Assembly (NCBI GenBank): GCA_015665415.1
Contig: JADFAE010000012.1
Span: forward strand, 56,584 to 120,583
Source of the DNA: Roseobacter sp.
Lineage (GTDB): Bacteria > Pseudomonadota > Alphaproteobacteria > Rhodobacterales > Rhodobacteraceae
DNA: 64,000 nt
Direction: 5' to 3'
Position 1 is the stretch's first letter. Each line of letters begins with the position of its first letter. Below, one piece after another: positions 1 to 9,868 of this stretch. Position numbers and translations under genes: made by a program. The notes under the pieces were generated by a model that saw only the letters and a list, made by a program, of their open reading frames with translations, was not told the DNA's origin and searched no databases.

Positions 1-453
1 TATGACAAAACCATAGAAGGCATGATCTGGCTGCGGGATGCGGGTATTCGCATGACTGTGGCCGGGCGCAGTCTATGGGGCGACAGCGAGGCCCACACAC
101 GCGCCGGGTTTGCAGCACTTTATGCGCAACACGAGTTTGATATCGACGCTGACAATCCCGGCCAGACGGTGTTGTTTCCGGAAATGGACGAAAACGTCGA
201 AGTCCCTGAAATCACCACCGCGTGCTGGGGGATTTTGAACAAATCCCCGGATGAGGTGATGTGCGCCTCCTCTCGCATGGTGGTCAAACGCAAGGGGGCA
301 AAGGCACCGGTGGTACTGGCCTGTACGCTGCTGCCCTATGCCCCAGAGTTCGAACTGGGCGCGACACTGGCAGAGGCCGAAAAACCGGTGCAACTGAACC
401 ATCCGCATTGCGCCAAATTCTGCGTCCTGGGTGGGGCCAGCTGTTCCGCCTAA
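1..453 (+). CDS. Radical SAM domain protein, C-terminal part (5' end outside window)
   Basis: Frame 1 is open from base 1 (YDKTIEGMIW...) to TAA at 451-453. The Cys-rich tail (CASSRM, CTLL, HPHCAKFCVLGGASC) resembles conserved alphaproteobacterial radical SAM proteins; the CxxxCxxC motif would lie upstream of the window. Confidence 0.55.
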   Translation, partial: YDKTIEGMIWLRDAGIRMTVAGRSLWGDSEAHTRAGFAALYAQHEFDIDADNPGQTVLFPEMDENVEVPEITTACWGILNKSPDEVMCASSRMVVKRKGAKAPVVLACTLLPYAPEFELGATLAEAEKPVQLNHPHCAKFCVLGGASCSA

Positions 454-477
454 CCTCCGGGCGAACCTGACAGGGGG

Positions 478-747
478 CTAGTGCAGCTTCAAGATCCCTT
501 TCACGTTGCGCCACTCACCGGGGCCGATCATTTTTCGGTGGCTAAAGCGCACGGAATGCAGCGGGCCATCCAACTCGCGCTGCCAAAATTCAATGAATTC
601 AAACAGGCGCTCATGGTCGGGCGCCAGATCATAGTCCTGCCAGACATAGGTATTCAGAACATGCGTGTAGTCGGGCATGTGATAGGTGAACTCTGCCGTG
701 GTGAGCCCATATCCCTTTAACATCAATTCAGTACTGCTCATTTCCAT
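478..747 (-). CDS. usg: Usg-like family protein (89 aa)
   Basis: AGGAGG RBS precedes the ATG at 747. GYGLTTAEFTYHMPD...YVWQDYDLAP...FWQRELDGPLHSVR is the Usg family signature. Confidence 0.8.
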   Translation of the reverse strand: MEMSSTELMLKGYGLTTAEFTYHMPDYTHVLNTYVWQDYDLAPDHERLFEFIEFWQRELDGPLHSVRFSHRKMIGPGEWRNVKGILKLH

Positions 748-792
748 GATTGACCTCCTGTTGAAAGCCCCCACGGAAAAGCTAGCACGCAA

Positions 793-800
793 ATGGTTAA
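793..800 (-). promoter_or_regulatory. TTAACCAT octamer (CtrA-associated motif) upstream of usg
   Basis: Plus strand reads ATGGTTAA at 793-800, 46 nt upstream of the usg start. It is a single 8-mer with no full TTAA-N7-TTAA box. Confidence 0.25.
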
Positions 801-929
801 TCTCGACCAAATCCCCTATTTTTTTACAGAAATCCGGGCAATATCGGCAGCTTGCTTGCACCTCATATGCGGCATCTGATAGGGTGCACCCACAAGATAT
901 AGACCCACAGAAAAGATCGGGCAGCCAAC

Positions 930-3686
930 GTGACAGATACGCCGGAAACTCCTGAAAACGCAGAAGAAAACCTTCCTCAGCGTTCAACTTATGACGGTCC
1001 GTCCATCTCCATCGAAGCGGAGATGAAAACATCCTATCTGGACTATGCGATGTCGGTCATCGTCAGCCGGGCCATTCCCGACCTGCGTGACGGACTGAAA
1101 CCAGTACATCGGCGCATTCTTTATGCCATGTATGAGACCGGCAACAGCCACGACAAATCCTACCGAAAATCGGCCCGTCCGGTCGGCGATGTCATGGGTA
1201 AATATCACCCGCATGGCGATGGCGCGATCTATGACGCACTGGTGCGGATGGCGCAGGATTTCTCTATGTCGCTGCCGTTGCTCGATGGTCAGGGAAACTT
1301 TGGCTCGATGGATGGCGATAATCCGGCTGCCATGCGTTACACCGAAGTCCGTATGGACAAACCCGCTGCCTTCATGTTGGCCGATATCGAAAAAGAGACG
1401 GTTGATTTCCAGGACAACTACGACGGCAAGGACCAGGAACCAACTGTTCTGCCAGCCCGCTTTCCCAATATGCTGGTCAATGGGGCCGGCGGTATTGCGG
1501 TGGGTATGGCAACCAATATCCCGCCCCACAACCTTGGCGAAGTGATCGATGCAACGCTGGCCCTGATCGAAGAGCCGGATCTCACCAGTGAGCAGCTGAT
1601 CGACTATGTGCCCGGCCCCGATTTCCCCACGGGCGCGATCATGCTGGGCCGCTCGGGGGCTCGCAAAGCCTATCTTGAGGGGCGCGGCAGCGTCATCATC
1701 CGCTCCAAGACCCGCGTCGAGGAGATCCGCAAAGACCGCTATGCCATTGTGGTGGATGAGATCCCCTATCAGGTCAACAAGGCCACGATGATCGAAAAAA
1801 TCGCCGAGCAGGTGCGGGACAAGCGTATCGAAGGCGTGGCCCATGTGCAGGATGAGAGCGACCGCAATGGTGTGCGGGTGGTGATCGAGCTGAAACGCGA
1901 TGCCACACCTGAGGTGGTGCTGAACCAATTGTTCCGCTTCACCCCGATGCAGACCTATTTTGGCTGCAACATGCTGGCACTGAACGGGGGGCGCCCTGAG
2001 CAGCTGACTCTGCGCCGGTTCCTGACATCCTTCATCGACTTCCGCGAAGACGTGGTGGCCCGTCGTACCGCGCATCTGCTGCGCAAGGCCCGCGAACGCA
2101 GCCATGTTCTGTGTGGTCTGGCTGTGGCCGTCACCAATATCGACGAGATCGTGGCCACCATTCGCCAATCGGCGGATGCAGCCGAGGCCCGGGAAAAGCT
2201 GATGACCCGCCGCTGGCCGGCCCAGCCGATCCTGCAATATATCGCCTTGATCGATGATCCGACCCATACCGCCAACGAAGACGGCACCTATAATCTGTCG
2301 GAAACCCAGGCCCGCGCCATCCTGGAGCTGCGGCTGCAGCGTCTGACCCAGATCGGGGTCAAGGAAGTCACCGACGAGCTGGAGGAACTGGCTGGTAAGA
2401 TCAAGGAATACCTTGAAATTCTCTCCTCGCGCGAACGTATCATGGGCATCATCGGCGACGAGTTGCGCGAAGTGCGCGACAATTTCGCAGTGCCGCGCCG
2501 CACCGAGATCGTCGACTGGTCCGGTGACATGGACGACGAAGACCTGATCGAGCGCGAAGATATGGTCGTAACCGTGACCTCTGGCGGCTATATCAAACGG
2601 ACACCCCTGGCAGATTTCCGCGCCCAAAAGCGCGGCGGCAAGGGGATCTCTGGCATGCAGACCAAAGAGGAAGACGTTGTCACCAACCTCTTTGTCGCCA
2701 ATACCCACACGCAGCTGTTGTTCTTCACCACCGATGGTATGGTCTACAAGCTCAAGACCTGGCGTCTGCCGCAGTCCAGCCGAACCGGCAAGGGCAAGGC
2801 CATAGTCAATATTCTGCCGATCCCGCCCGGGGTTTCGATCGCCGCCATCATGCCGGTGGATCGCCCGGACAAGGAATGGGCGGATCTGCAGATCGTCTTT
2901 GCCACATCCGCAGGAACTGTGCGTCGTAACCGCCTGTCGGACTTCACAAATGTGAAATCCAACGGCAAGATCGCGATGAAGTTCGAAGACGACAACGCCG
3001 AGACCAAGCTGATCAATGCGCGCATCTGTTCCGAAGATGACGATGTGATGCTGGTCACCAATACCGGCCGGGCCATCCGCTTCCCCACCACTGAGGTGCG
3101 CGTCTTCAACAGCCGCAATTCGGTGGGGGTACGGGGCATCAAGCTGGGCGAAGACGATGAGGTGGTCTCGATGTCGGTGATCCGTCACTTCGACGCCTCC
3201 TCCGAAGAGCGCACCGCCTATCTGAAACGACGTCGCGCTGTTGCCGGCTTGGCGGAGGATAGCGAACCTGCCGAAGACGATGAAGGCGTGGAAAATGCCA
3301 ATATCACCCAGGAACGCTACGCTGAGATGTCCGCAGCCGAGAACCTGATCCTCACCATTTCTTCGGGTGGGGCCGGCAAGCTCAGCTCCAGCCATGATTA
3401 TCCGGTTCGCGGCCGCGGTGGCATGGGGGTTGCAGCCATGGACAAAGCCATGCGCGGCGGTGCCCTGGTGGCCTCTTTCCCGGTGACCCTTGAGGACCAG
3501 ATCATGCTGGCAACCTCCAAGGGCCAGTCGATCCGGGTTCCCGTCGATGGTATCTCCTTCCGCTCGCGCTCTGCTGGTGGCGTGCGTGTTTTCAACACCG
3601 CCAAAGGCGAAGAAGTGGTTTCGGTGGCCTGGATCGCCGAAAACGGCGAAGAGGATGAAAACGGAGCCGAAGCAGCCCAAGAGTAA
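930..3686 (+). CDS. gyrA: DNA gyrase subunit A
   Basis: GTG start; [22 protein letters not shown] (catalytic Tyr), GyrA-box QKRGGKG and beta-pinwheel repeats. Confidence 0.98.
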   Translation: MTDTPETPENAEENLPQRSTYDGPSISIEAEMKTSYLDYAMSVIVSRAIPDLRDGLKPVHRRILYAMYETGNSHDKSYRKSARPVGDVMGKYHPHGDGAIYDALVRMAQDFSMSLPLLDGQGNFGSMDGDNPAAMRYTEVRMDKPAAFMLADIEKETVDFQDNYDGKDQEPTVLPARFPNMLVNGAGGIAVGMATNIPPHNLGEVIDATLALIEEPDLTSEQLIDYVPGPDFPTGAIMLGRSGARKAYLEGRGSVIIRSKTRVEEIRKDRYAIVVDEIPYQVNKATMIEKIAEQVRDKRIEGVAHVQDESDRNGVRVVIELKRDATPEVVLNQLFRFTPMQTYFGCNMLALNGGRPEQLTLRRFLTSFIDFREDVVARRTAHLLRKARERSHVLCGLAVAVTNIDEIVATIRQSADAAEAREKLMTRRWPAQPILQYIALIDDPTHTANEDGTYNLSETQARAILELRLQRLTQIGVKEVTDELEELAGKIKEYLEILSSRERIMGIIGDELREVRDNFAVPRRTEIVDWSGDMDDEDLIEREDMVVTVTSGGYIKRTPLADFRAQKRGGKGISGMQTKEEDVVTNLFVANTHTQLLFFTTDGMVYKLKTWRLPQSSRTGKGKAIVNILPIPPGVSIAAIMPVDRPDKEWADLQIVFATSAGTVRRNRLSDFTNVKSNGKIAMKFEDDNAETKLINARICSEDDDVMLVTNTGRAIRFPTTEVRVFNSRNSVGVRGIKLGEDDEVVSMSVIRHFDASSEERTAYLKRRRAVAGLAEDSEPAEDDEGVENANITQERYAEMSAAENLILTISSGGAGKLSSSHDYPVRGRGGMGVAAMDKAMRGGALVASFPVTLEDQIMLATSKGQSIRVPVDGISFRSRSAGGVRVFNTAKGEEVVSVAWIAENGEEDENGAEAAQE

Positions 3687-3707
3687 ACGCTTTGGTATCA
3701 CAGGATC

Positions 3708-3738
3708 AAACGCCGCTCCAAACCGGGGCGGCGTTTTT
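3708..3738 (+). terminator. Rho-independent terminator after gyrA
   Basis: AAACGCCGCTCC...GGGGCGGCGTTTTT stem followed by a T-tract. Confidence 0.85.
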
Positions 3739-3851
3739 CGTTTCTGGGCCGGTTGCTCACAGGTTGAGTGCCACTTGCGATTTTAACGCCAGGCTAATCT
3801 GTTTCTGAAACACTGTCAGGGCTACATCCACATAACCCCGGGGGAGCTCTC

Positions 3852-4202
3852 ATGAACCTCTATCACTGTGCCATCGATCTCAACAACGAAGCCAAAGCGC
3901 TGAACTTTGCCAGCGCAGTGGACCAGTGGATGGGCTATCTCAAGGAACGCGGCGTTGTCAAAACCCATCGCCTTTTGCGACGCAAGCTCAACCTGGCAAG
4001 CGACAATTGCCGGGACTTTCTGCTGGAGATCGAGTTTGAAAACCTCACACAGCTGGATCAGGCCTTTCGCGTCCTGGGCGAAGACGACGAGGAGGTGGCG
4101 CGGCTGTATGGCAATGTGAATGCCTTGATAGCCAAGGCTGAATTCGGTCTGTTCCGCCCCTTTCCAGACCCTGAACGGGCTGAACGCATGGCATTGATCT
4201 AA
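3852..4202 (+). CDS. Conserved hypothetical protein (116 aa; possibly DUF6614 / dimeric alpha-beta barrel)
   Basis: GGGGAG RBS, protein-like composition, LEIEFENLTQLDQAF segment, followed by a terminator. Confidence 0.7.
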   Translation: MNLYHCAIDLNNEAKALNFASAVDQWMGYLKERGVVKTHRLLRRKLNLASDNCRDFLLEIEFENLTQLDQAFRVLGEDDEEVARLYGNVNALIAKAEFGLFRPFPDPERAERMALI

Positions 4203-4226
4203 CATCTAAGGGGTGAGCATAGCACC

Positions 4227-4258
4227 AAAAAGGGCCAAGCATTTGCCCGGCCCTTTTT
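4227..4258. terminator. Bidirectional terminator between convergent genes
   Basis: AAAAAGGGCC...GGCCCTTTTT with A- and T-tracts on both sides. Confidence 0.8.
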
Positions 4259-4284
4259 TGTATTGTTGACGCTGCCTAGGCAGA

Positions 4285-5754
4285 TCAGAGATCATAAAGA
4301 CGGGTGAATTTGTCCTCGAGATATTGCATCAGCGGCTCATGGCTGGGGCTTTTCCCTGCAGCCTGGGTAATGGTGTCACGCGGGCTGCGCAGGCCGCCGT
4401 ATTGCTGCAGATTCTGGCGCAACCACCCCGTTGCTGATCCGGTGTTGCCTGCGGCTAGTTCCGCATCAAGGTCGGTAATGTCTGCGCGCATTTTCTGGTT
4501 CAAACAGCCGGCATAGACATTGCCCAGCGAATAGGTCGGGAAATAACCAAACAATCCAACCGACCAATGCACATCCTGTAGGCACCCGTTCGAAGGCTTG
4601 TCGACCGCATAGCCAAAATCGGCCTCAAACCTATCATTCCAGGCCGATTCCAGATCCTGAACTTCCAGATCTCCGGTCATCAGGGCCCGCTCCAAATCAA
4701 AGCGCAGCATGATATGCAGGTTGTACTGCAGCTCATCTGCTTCGGTGCGGATATAGCCGTTGTGCACGGCATTCACCGCCTTGTAGAACTCTGCCGCATC
4801 CTCAATGCCGAAATCGTCAAAGACCTGGCGCATTTCGCCGTAGAGCCAGCCCGTAAAGGCCTCGCTGCGACCAATCTGGTTTTCATAGATCCGGCTTTGG
4901 CTTTCATGCACCCCCATGGACACCCCGCGTCCCAGAGGCGTCAACAGAAACTCCTGGTTGATACCCTGCTCATAGGCGGCGTGGCCGACCTCGTGAATCG
5001 TGGAGTAGAAGCAGTTGAAAGGGTCATTCTCGCTGGTCCGGGTGGTGATCCGCACGTCCAGCCCGCTGCCAGAGCTGAAGGGATGCACCGCCTTGTCAAC
5101 GCGCCCATGGCTCATGTCATAGCCAAATGTCTTGGCCAGCTTGCGCGTCAGCTTCATCTGCGCAGCTTCGTCAAAGCTGCCCTGCAGCGCCTTGGGCGCC
5201 GGTTTGTCCAGAACCCGGGCGCGCAGATCGACCAACCCGGGCCGCATGGCATCAAAGATCGCCGCGATTTCATCTGCGGTGGTGCCGTGTTCATAATCCT
5301 CGACCATGGCGTCATAGAGATCCCCGCCCGCGGCCAGGGCCTGCCCTTCTTCGCGTTTCAGGGCGACGACTTCCTGCAAAACGGGCAGAAAGGCAGCGAC
5401 ATCTTCATCCGCACGGGCAGCGGCCCATTTACCCTGCGCTTCGGAGGTGACCCGTGCCAGACGCTTGGCCAGATCTGCGGGGACCTTCACGGTGCGTTCA
5501 AAGGCGCGCTTGATCTCGCGCAGCTGGGCCGCGCCCGCCTCATCCGGGGCTTTGGCGGTCTCAAGCCACTCCGCCACCTGGGGGGCAGAGCGCCGGGCAT
5601 GCAGCACCGCCTCGATGGCGGCCATTTCCTCGCCGCGTTGCGCCGCCGCACCGCGTGGCATCATGGTTTCCTGATCCCATCCCAGGCGACCGGAAATCTG
5701 CCCCAAGGCTTGGGTGTCGCGCTCATAGGCCATCAGGCTGTCAAATGTGCTCAT
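4285..5754 (-). CDS. Carboxypeptidase M32 (Taq-like)
   Basis: HEVGH zinc motif, HPF, HESQ, IRTEADE, GCLQDVHW, GYFPTY. Start taken at MSTFDSL. Confidence 0.93.
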   Translation of the reverse strand: MSTFDSLMAYERDTQALGQISGRLGWDQETMMPRGAAAQRGEEMAAIEAVLHARRSAPQVAEWLETAKAPDEAGAAQLREIKRAFERTVKVPADLAKRLARVTSEAQGKWAAARADEDVAAFLPVLQEVVALKREEGQALAAGGDLYDAMVEDYEHGTTADEIAAIFDAMRPGLVDLRARVLDKPAPKALQGSFDEAAQMKLTRKLAKTFGYDMSHGRVDKAVHPFSSGSGLDVRITTRTSENDPFNCFYSTIHEVGHAAYEQGINQEFLLTPLGRGVSMGVHESQSRIYENQIGRSEAFTGWLYGEMRQVFDDFGIEDAAEFYKAVNAVHNGYIRTEADELQYNLHIMLRFDLERALMTGDLEVQDLESAWNDRFEADFGYAVDKPSNGCLQDVHWSVGLFGYFPTYSLGNVYAGCLNQKMRADITDLDAELAAGNTGSATGWLRQNLQQYGGLRSPRDTITQAAGKSPSHEPLMQYLEDKFTRLYDL

Positions 5755-5758
5755 GGAA

Positions 5759-6904
5759 TCAATGGTCCTTGATAGAGGTTGAAATGGGATAGCCGGCCAG
5801 GAAGCGCGCGCGCAGGATTGCCACCCACAGCGCCACCGCAACCAATTGATGCGCAATGGCAGCATGCAGCGGCGCGGCATAAAGAACGGTGATCACACCA
5901 AGGAGGACCTGTAGCGACAGAACCGCAAAGACCAGCGCAAAGGCACCCCGTGTCTTTGGGTGGGCACTGCCCTGCCCCTTGAGCCAGACCACCACGCCAA
6001 AGGCAAACAGAAGATAGCCGCACAGACGATGGATGAACTGAACAAGGCCAGGGTTTTCAAAGAAATTCTTCCAGAGCGGTTCGATCATGAAGGGATCCGG
6101 CGGAAAAATCTGCCCGCCCATCAGCGGCCAATCGGTATAGGAGCGACCCGCATCAATCCCGGCCACCAGAGCCCCCAGCAGGATCTGCAGAAATGCAAAG
6201 TGCAAGAGCCCCGTCGACAGGCCAAGCAGCTTGCCCTCCTTGGCGCGCCGCGCCTGCATCAGCTCGCGCTCAGGGCGGCCCAGCATCAACACATACCAGG
6301 CAATGAAGCCGAGGATGACAAAGGCCAGTCCCAGATGCGTGGCCAACCGGTAAGAGGCAACCGCTGTCATGCCTTCGCCCTGGGTTACGCCAGAGGCGAC
6401 CATCCACCAGCCAATGGCCCCTTGAACGCCGCCAAGCAGACCCGGCAGTGCCAGACGTCCGGTCCAGCCTGTGGGAATATTGCGGGTCACCAGGAAACCA
6501 AGGAAGCCCACCGCCCAGATCAGCCCCATAACGCGGCCCAGCTGGCGATGACCCCATTCCCACCAATAGATCGATTTGAAATCCGCCAGTTCCATCCACT
6601 GGTTTTCAATCCGCCATTGGTCGATCTGCTTGTATCTGTCGAATTCCGCCTGCCACTCGACTTCGGACAGAGGTGGCACCGCTCCGGTGACAGGACGCCA
6701 TTCCGTAATCGACAGACCGGAATCGGTAAGACGGGTCAGCCCGCCGACCAGGATCATCGCCACCACCAGCGCAAACAGCACCATCAGCCAGGCCCGGATC
6801 GCGCGACGCGCGCCCTTGTGGCCGCGATCAATCAGACCGGGGGTCACCGCCGGAGTCTCGGTTTTTTCACCCTCGACGTCTTCAAATATGCTGCGCTTGC
6901 TCAT
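5759..6904 (-). CDS. ctaA: Heme A synthase (COX15/CtaA, type 2)
   Basis: GGLTRLTDSGLSITEW, EWGHRQLGR, RLATHLGLA, QFIHR, HQLVA; multiple TM helices. Confidence 0.95.
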   Translation of the reverse strand: MSKRSIFEDVEGEKTETPAVTPGLIDRGHKGARRAIRAWLMVLFALVVAMILVGGLTRLTDSGLSITEWRPVTGAVPPLSEVEWQAEFDRYKQIDQWRIENQWMELADFKSIYWWEWGHRQLGRVMGLIWAVGFLGFLVTRNIPTGWTGRLALPGLLGGVQGAIGWWMVASGVTQGEGMTAVASYRLATHLGLAFVILGFIAWYVLMLGRPERELMQARRAKEGKLLGLSTGLLHFAFLQILLGALVAGIDAGRSYTDWPLMGGQIFPPDPFMIEPLWKNFFENPGLVQFIHRLCGYLLFAFGVVVWLKGQGSAHPKTRGAFALVFAVLSLQVLLGVITVLYAAPLHAAIAHQLVAVALWVAILRARFLAGYPISTSIKDH

Positions 6905-6988
6905 GCCTGCCTCGTCTCGATCTGTCGCCAAGCTAGGGACGCAAGAGAGGAAGGTCCAGTGCGCCCGATAATTTGGCCCCTTGGATTT

Positions 6989-7771
6989 CTATTTTTCGCC
7001 AACAGTTTTGCTGGCCTCAGCCTCAGCTGAGCTGGTTTGCTTCCACCGCACCATCTGCCGCATGATCCCATGCAACATCTGCACATCAGCGCGGGTCAGC
7101 CGCATTCGGCTGAACATGTTGCGAAACACCACCCTCATGCCAGCCGATTTGGTCTCGGGGAAAAAGAACCCGGCCTCGTCCAGGCGGTCCTCGTAATGGG
7201 AAACCAAGCTTTCCACATCCTGGCCGGTGGCCCAATCGGTTTTGCCCAGCTCTGTCACCTCTGGCTGCACCTCCGTCACCTGACGCTGCCATTCATAGGC
7301 GGTCAAAAGCACACATTGTCCCAGATTGAGCGAGGCAAACTCCGGGTTTACCGGCACCGAGATAATGGCATTGGCCCGGGCGATATCGTCGTTTTCAAGG
7401 CCGGCCCGTTCGGGACCAAACAGCACCGCGACCTTTTCGCCGTTGTCGATCTTGTCGCGCGCCAGTTTCATCGCTGCCTCGGGGCTGTAGACCGGTTTGA
7501 CCAGCTCGCGCGGGCGGGCGGTGGTGGCAAAGACAAAGGTGCAGTCTTGCAAAGCTTCTGGCAGATCCTTCGCCAAAAGCGCCTCATCCAGCAGACGTCC
7601 GGCCCCTGAAGCCATGGCCACGGCCTTTGGGTTGGGCCACCCGTCGCGGGGGTGAACGATGCGCATGCGGTCCAGGCCAAAGTTCCACATGGCACGGGCC
7701 GCCGCACCAATGTTTTCGCCCATCTGCGGGCGGACAAGAACAAAAGCGGGTTGGGGCGTATCGCTCGGCAT
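6989..7771 (-). CDS. trmJ: SPOUT RNA methyltransferase, TrmJ/LasT group
   Basis: PQMGENIGAAARAMWNFG, FGPERAGLEN, SLNLGQ. Confidence 0.88.
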   Translation of the reverse strand: MPSDTPQPAFVLVRPQMGENIGAAARAMWNFGLDRMRIVHPRDGWPNPKAVAMASGAGRLLDEALLAKDLPEALQDCTFVFATTARPRELVKPVYSPEAAMKLARDKIDNGEKVAVLFGPERAGLENDDIARANAIISVPVNPEFASLNLGQCVLLTAYEWQRQVTEVQPEVTELGKTDWATGQDVESLVSHYEDRLDEAGFFFPETKSAGMRVVFRNMFSRMRLTRADVQMLHGIMRQMVRWKQTSSAEAEASKTVGEK

Positions 7772-7960
7772 CTCACTCTCCGAAAAATTATCGCCCTGCT
7801 GTAGTCTCCACTTGGCCAATGAGCAAGGCCACATGGCTCTGTAGCGCCACGATCCGCTGGGTTTCAGGGCGATTTTGCTGCGCTGTGGTCTGGCTAAACC
7901 TTGCGCTCTGCGGCAAATAGGCTACAACCGCTCGCGTTGACGAGAACAGGAGTGAGCTGC

Positions 7961-8593
7961 ATGGAACGTGCCTCAGAAGCCCCCGAAGCCCCGCAGATCT
8001 ACCTGATCTCCCCGCCCAGTTTCGAGCTGGGCCGCTTTCCCGATGTCTTGGCGCGGGTGCTCGACAGCACCGAGATCGCCTGTCTGCGCCTCAATCTGGC
8101 CAGCCGCGACGAAGACACCCTGAGCCGCGCCGGGGATGCCCTGCGCGAGGTCTGTCATGCCCGCGAAGTTGCCATTGTGATCAGCGACCATCAAATCCTG
8201 GCGGAACGGCTGGGTCTGGACGGGGTGCATCTCAATGATGCCTCCAAATCGGTTCGCACCGCCCGCAAGGCGTTGGGTCCGGATGCCATTGTTGGCAGTT
8301 TTTGTGGCGCCACCCGCCATGACGGTATGAGTGCGGCCGAGGCCGGCGCGGATTACGTCAGCTTTGGTCCCGTTGGCACCTCTGGTCTGGGCGATGGTGC
8401 CACGGCCGAGATTGAGTTGTTCGACTGGTGGTCCAAGATGATCGAAGTACCGGTTGTCGCCGAAGGTGGCCTGACCGAAGACCTGGTGCGCAGCGTGTCG
8501 CCTGTGACTGATTTCTTTGGCCTGGGCGAGGAAATCTGGACCACCGAGGACCCTGCTGCCAAGCTCAAAAGCCTGATGGCAGCCATGCGCTAG
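7961..8593 (+). CDS. Thiamine-phosphate synthase / TenI-fold protein (divergent)
   Basis: LDGVHL, GADYVSFGPV and PVVAEGG TIM-barrel motifs; several canonical ThiE residues are altered. Confidence 0.75.
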   Translation: MERASEAPEAPQIYLISPPSFELGRFPDVLARVLDSTEIACLRLNLASRDEDTLSRAGDALREVCHAREVAIVISDHQILAERLGLDGVHLNDASKSVRTARKALGPDAIVGSFCGATRHDGMSAAEAGADYVSFGPVGTSGLGDGATAEIELFDWWSKMIEVPVVAEGGLTEDLVRSVSPVTDFFGLGEEIWTTEDPAAKLKSLMAAMR

Positions 8594-8719
8594 CCGCGCA
8601 GGCGCGCAATCGGGTTTGGTCCACCCCCAAATGCACTTCAGTTTGAATTTTTGGGGCAGGTAGGCTGGGGCAAATAGCCTGGGCCGCCTGCCCTTTTCGC
8701 ATCTCTTGCCCGTGCAACC

Positions 8720-9868
8720 TTACAAAAACACCCGTTCCACAAACCAGTAGCTGCCGATCAAGGCAATGGTGAGAGAGGCCGGAATGGCCACGCGGCCGCG
8801 GTATTTCGGGTAGCCACCAAACCAATAGCCCAGCGCGCCATAGGCAACGGCGATCACGGTCAATTGCCCAAGTTCAACCCCGACATTGAACCCCAGCAGC
8901 GCCGGCACCAGCTGGTCCTGCGGCAGGCCGAACTCTCCCAGAACCGTGGCAAAGCCCAGCCCATGCAGAAGGCCAAAGCCAAAGATCAGGGCCGTGCGCC
9001 AACTGTGCAGGCGACGGGCAAAGATGTTCTCGACTGCAACAAAGACAATTGAGGCGGCGATCAGCGGCTCAACAATGGCGGGGTTGATCGTGACCAGTCC
9101 CAGCGCGCCCAGCGCCAGGGTAATGCTATGCGCCAGGGTGAAAGTGGTGATTTGCCAGAACAGTGGCCGCAGTCGCAGGGACAGAAAGAACAAGCCAAGC
9201 ACAAACAGGATATGATCCAGCCCTTTGGGCAGGATATGATCAAAGCCGACAGGCAGGTAGTTTTGGAACACCTCCCAGGGGCTTTGTACCGCGCCCCCGG
9301 CAATGGCGATCGCAGGCGCAAGCGCGCCTCCCAACAGATAGCCGGTGTAGGGCTCTGCCACGCCATTCTGGCGCAGCACCACAGCCCCGGATCCCTGGGG
9401 CCAGGTCAGTCTGAGGTAGAGGGCGGAGCTGGGGATCTCACCACTCACCACCAGCACCGAGCTGCGCGGCAGGCTCACCTCTCCCACCTCGGGGATGTTG
9501 ACCTCCTCCAGAGAAAGCGCAACCGCGCCCGCGGCTTCCATCTGCAGATCCGGCAACCAGTCTTCCACAAAGAGCCGCACCATCGGGGCTAGCTCTGCCG
9601 CTGGCATCTGTCGCAACAGGTCATAATCTGCGGATTTGTCGCTGGTGTCGGTGTTGGCGCGCCCATCCAGATCGATGCCGGCCACAAAGGCCTCCAGATT
9701 CATGCGCAACAGCAGCGTAATCCGACCCTCGGTGATATCGAAATCGGCAATGGTCGGCGTTACCTCATGGGCGCGGATAGATGCAGGCAGGCACAGGACA
9801 AGGCTTGACAGCATCAGGAGGATCACCACCCTGAACCGGTGCAACAGCGAAGTTCTCAAAATGCCCAA
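8720..9868 (-). CDS. HupE/UreJ family membrane protein with an N-terminal periplasmic domain (start may be ATG at 9814)
   Basis: GFDHILPKGLDHILF, FTLAHSITL, FGLLHGLGFA, GFNVGVELGQ; signal peptide ending SIRA-HE. Confidence 0.85.
   Translation of the reverse strand: MGILRTSLLHRFRVVILLMLSSLVLCLPASIRAHEVTPTIADFDITEGRITLLLRMNLEAFVAGIDLDGRANTDTSDKSADYDLLRQMPAAELAPMVRLFVEDWLPDLQMEAAGAVALSLEEVNIPEVGEVSLPRSSVLVVSGEIPSSALYLRLTWPQGSGAVVLRQNGVAEPYTGYLLGGALAPAIAIAGGAVQSPWEVFQNYLPVGFDHILPKGLDHILFVLGLFFLSLRLRPLFWQITTFTLAHSITLALGALGLVTINPAIVEPLIAASIVFVAVENIFARRLHSWRTALIFGFGLLHGLGFATVLGEFGLPQDQLVPALLGFNVGVELGQLTVIAVAYGALGYWFGGYPKYRGRVAIPASLTIALIGSYWFVERVFL

Noticed and set aside
984-3701. 905-aa antisense ORF spanning gyrA (similar ones lie opposite mfd, guaA, the MttB-family gene, ctaA and the acylase)
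   Set aside because: The gyrA one is codon-aligned with the sense gene. Antisense stops need TTA, CTA or TCA sense codons, which are rare in GC-rich genes. The products have no motifs, so these are codon-bias shadows.
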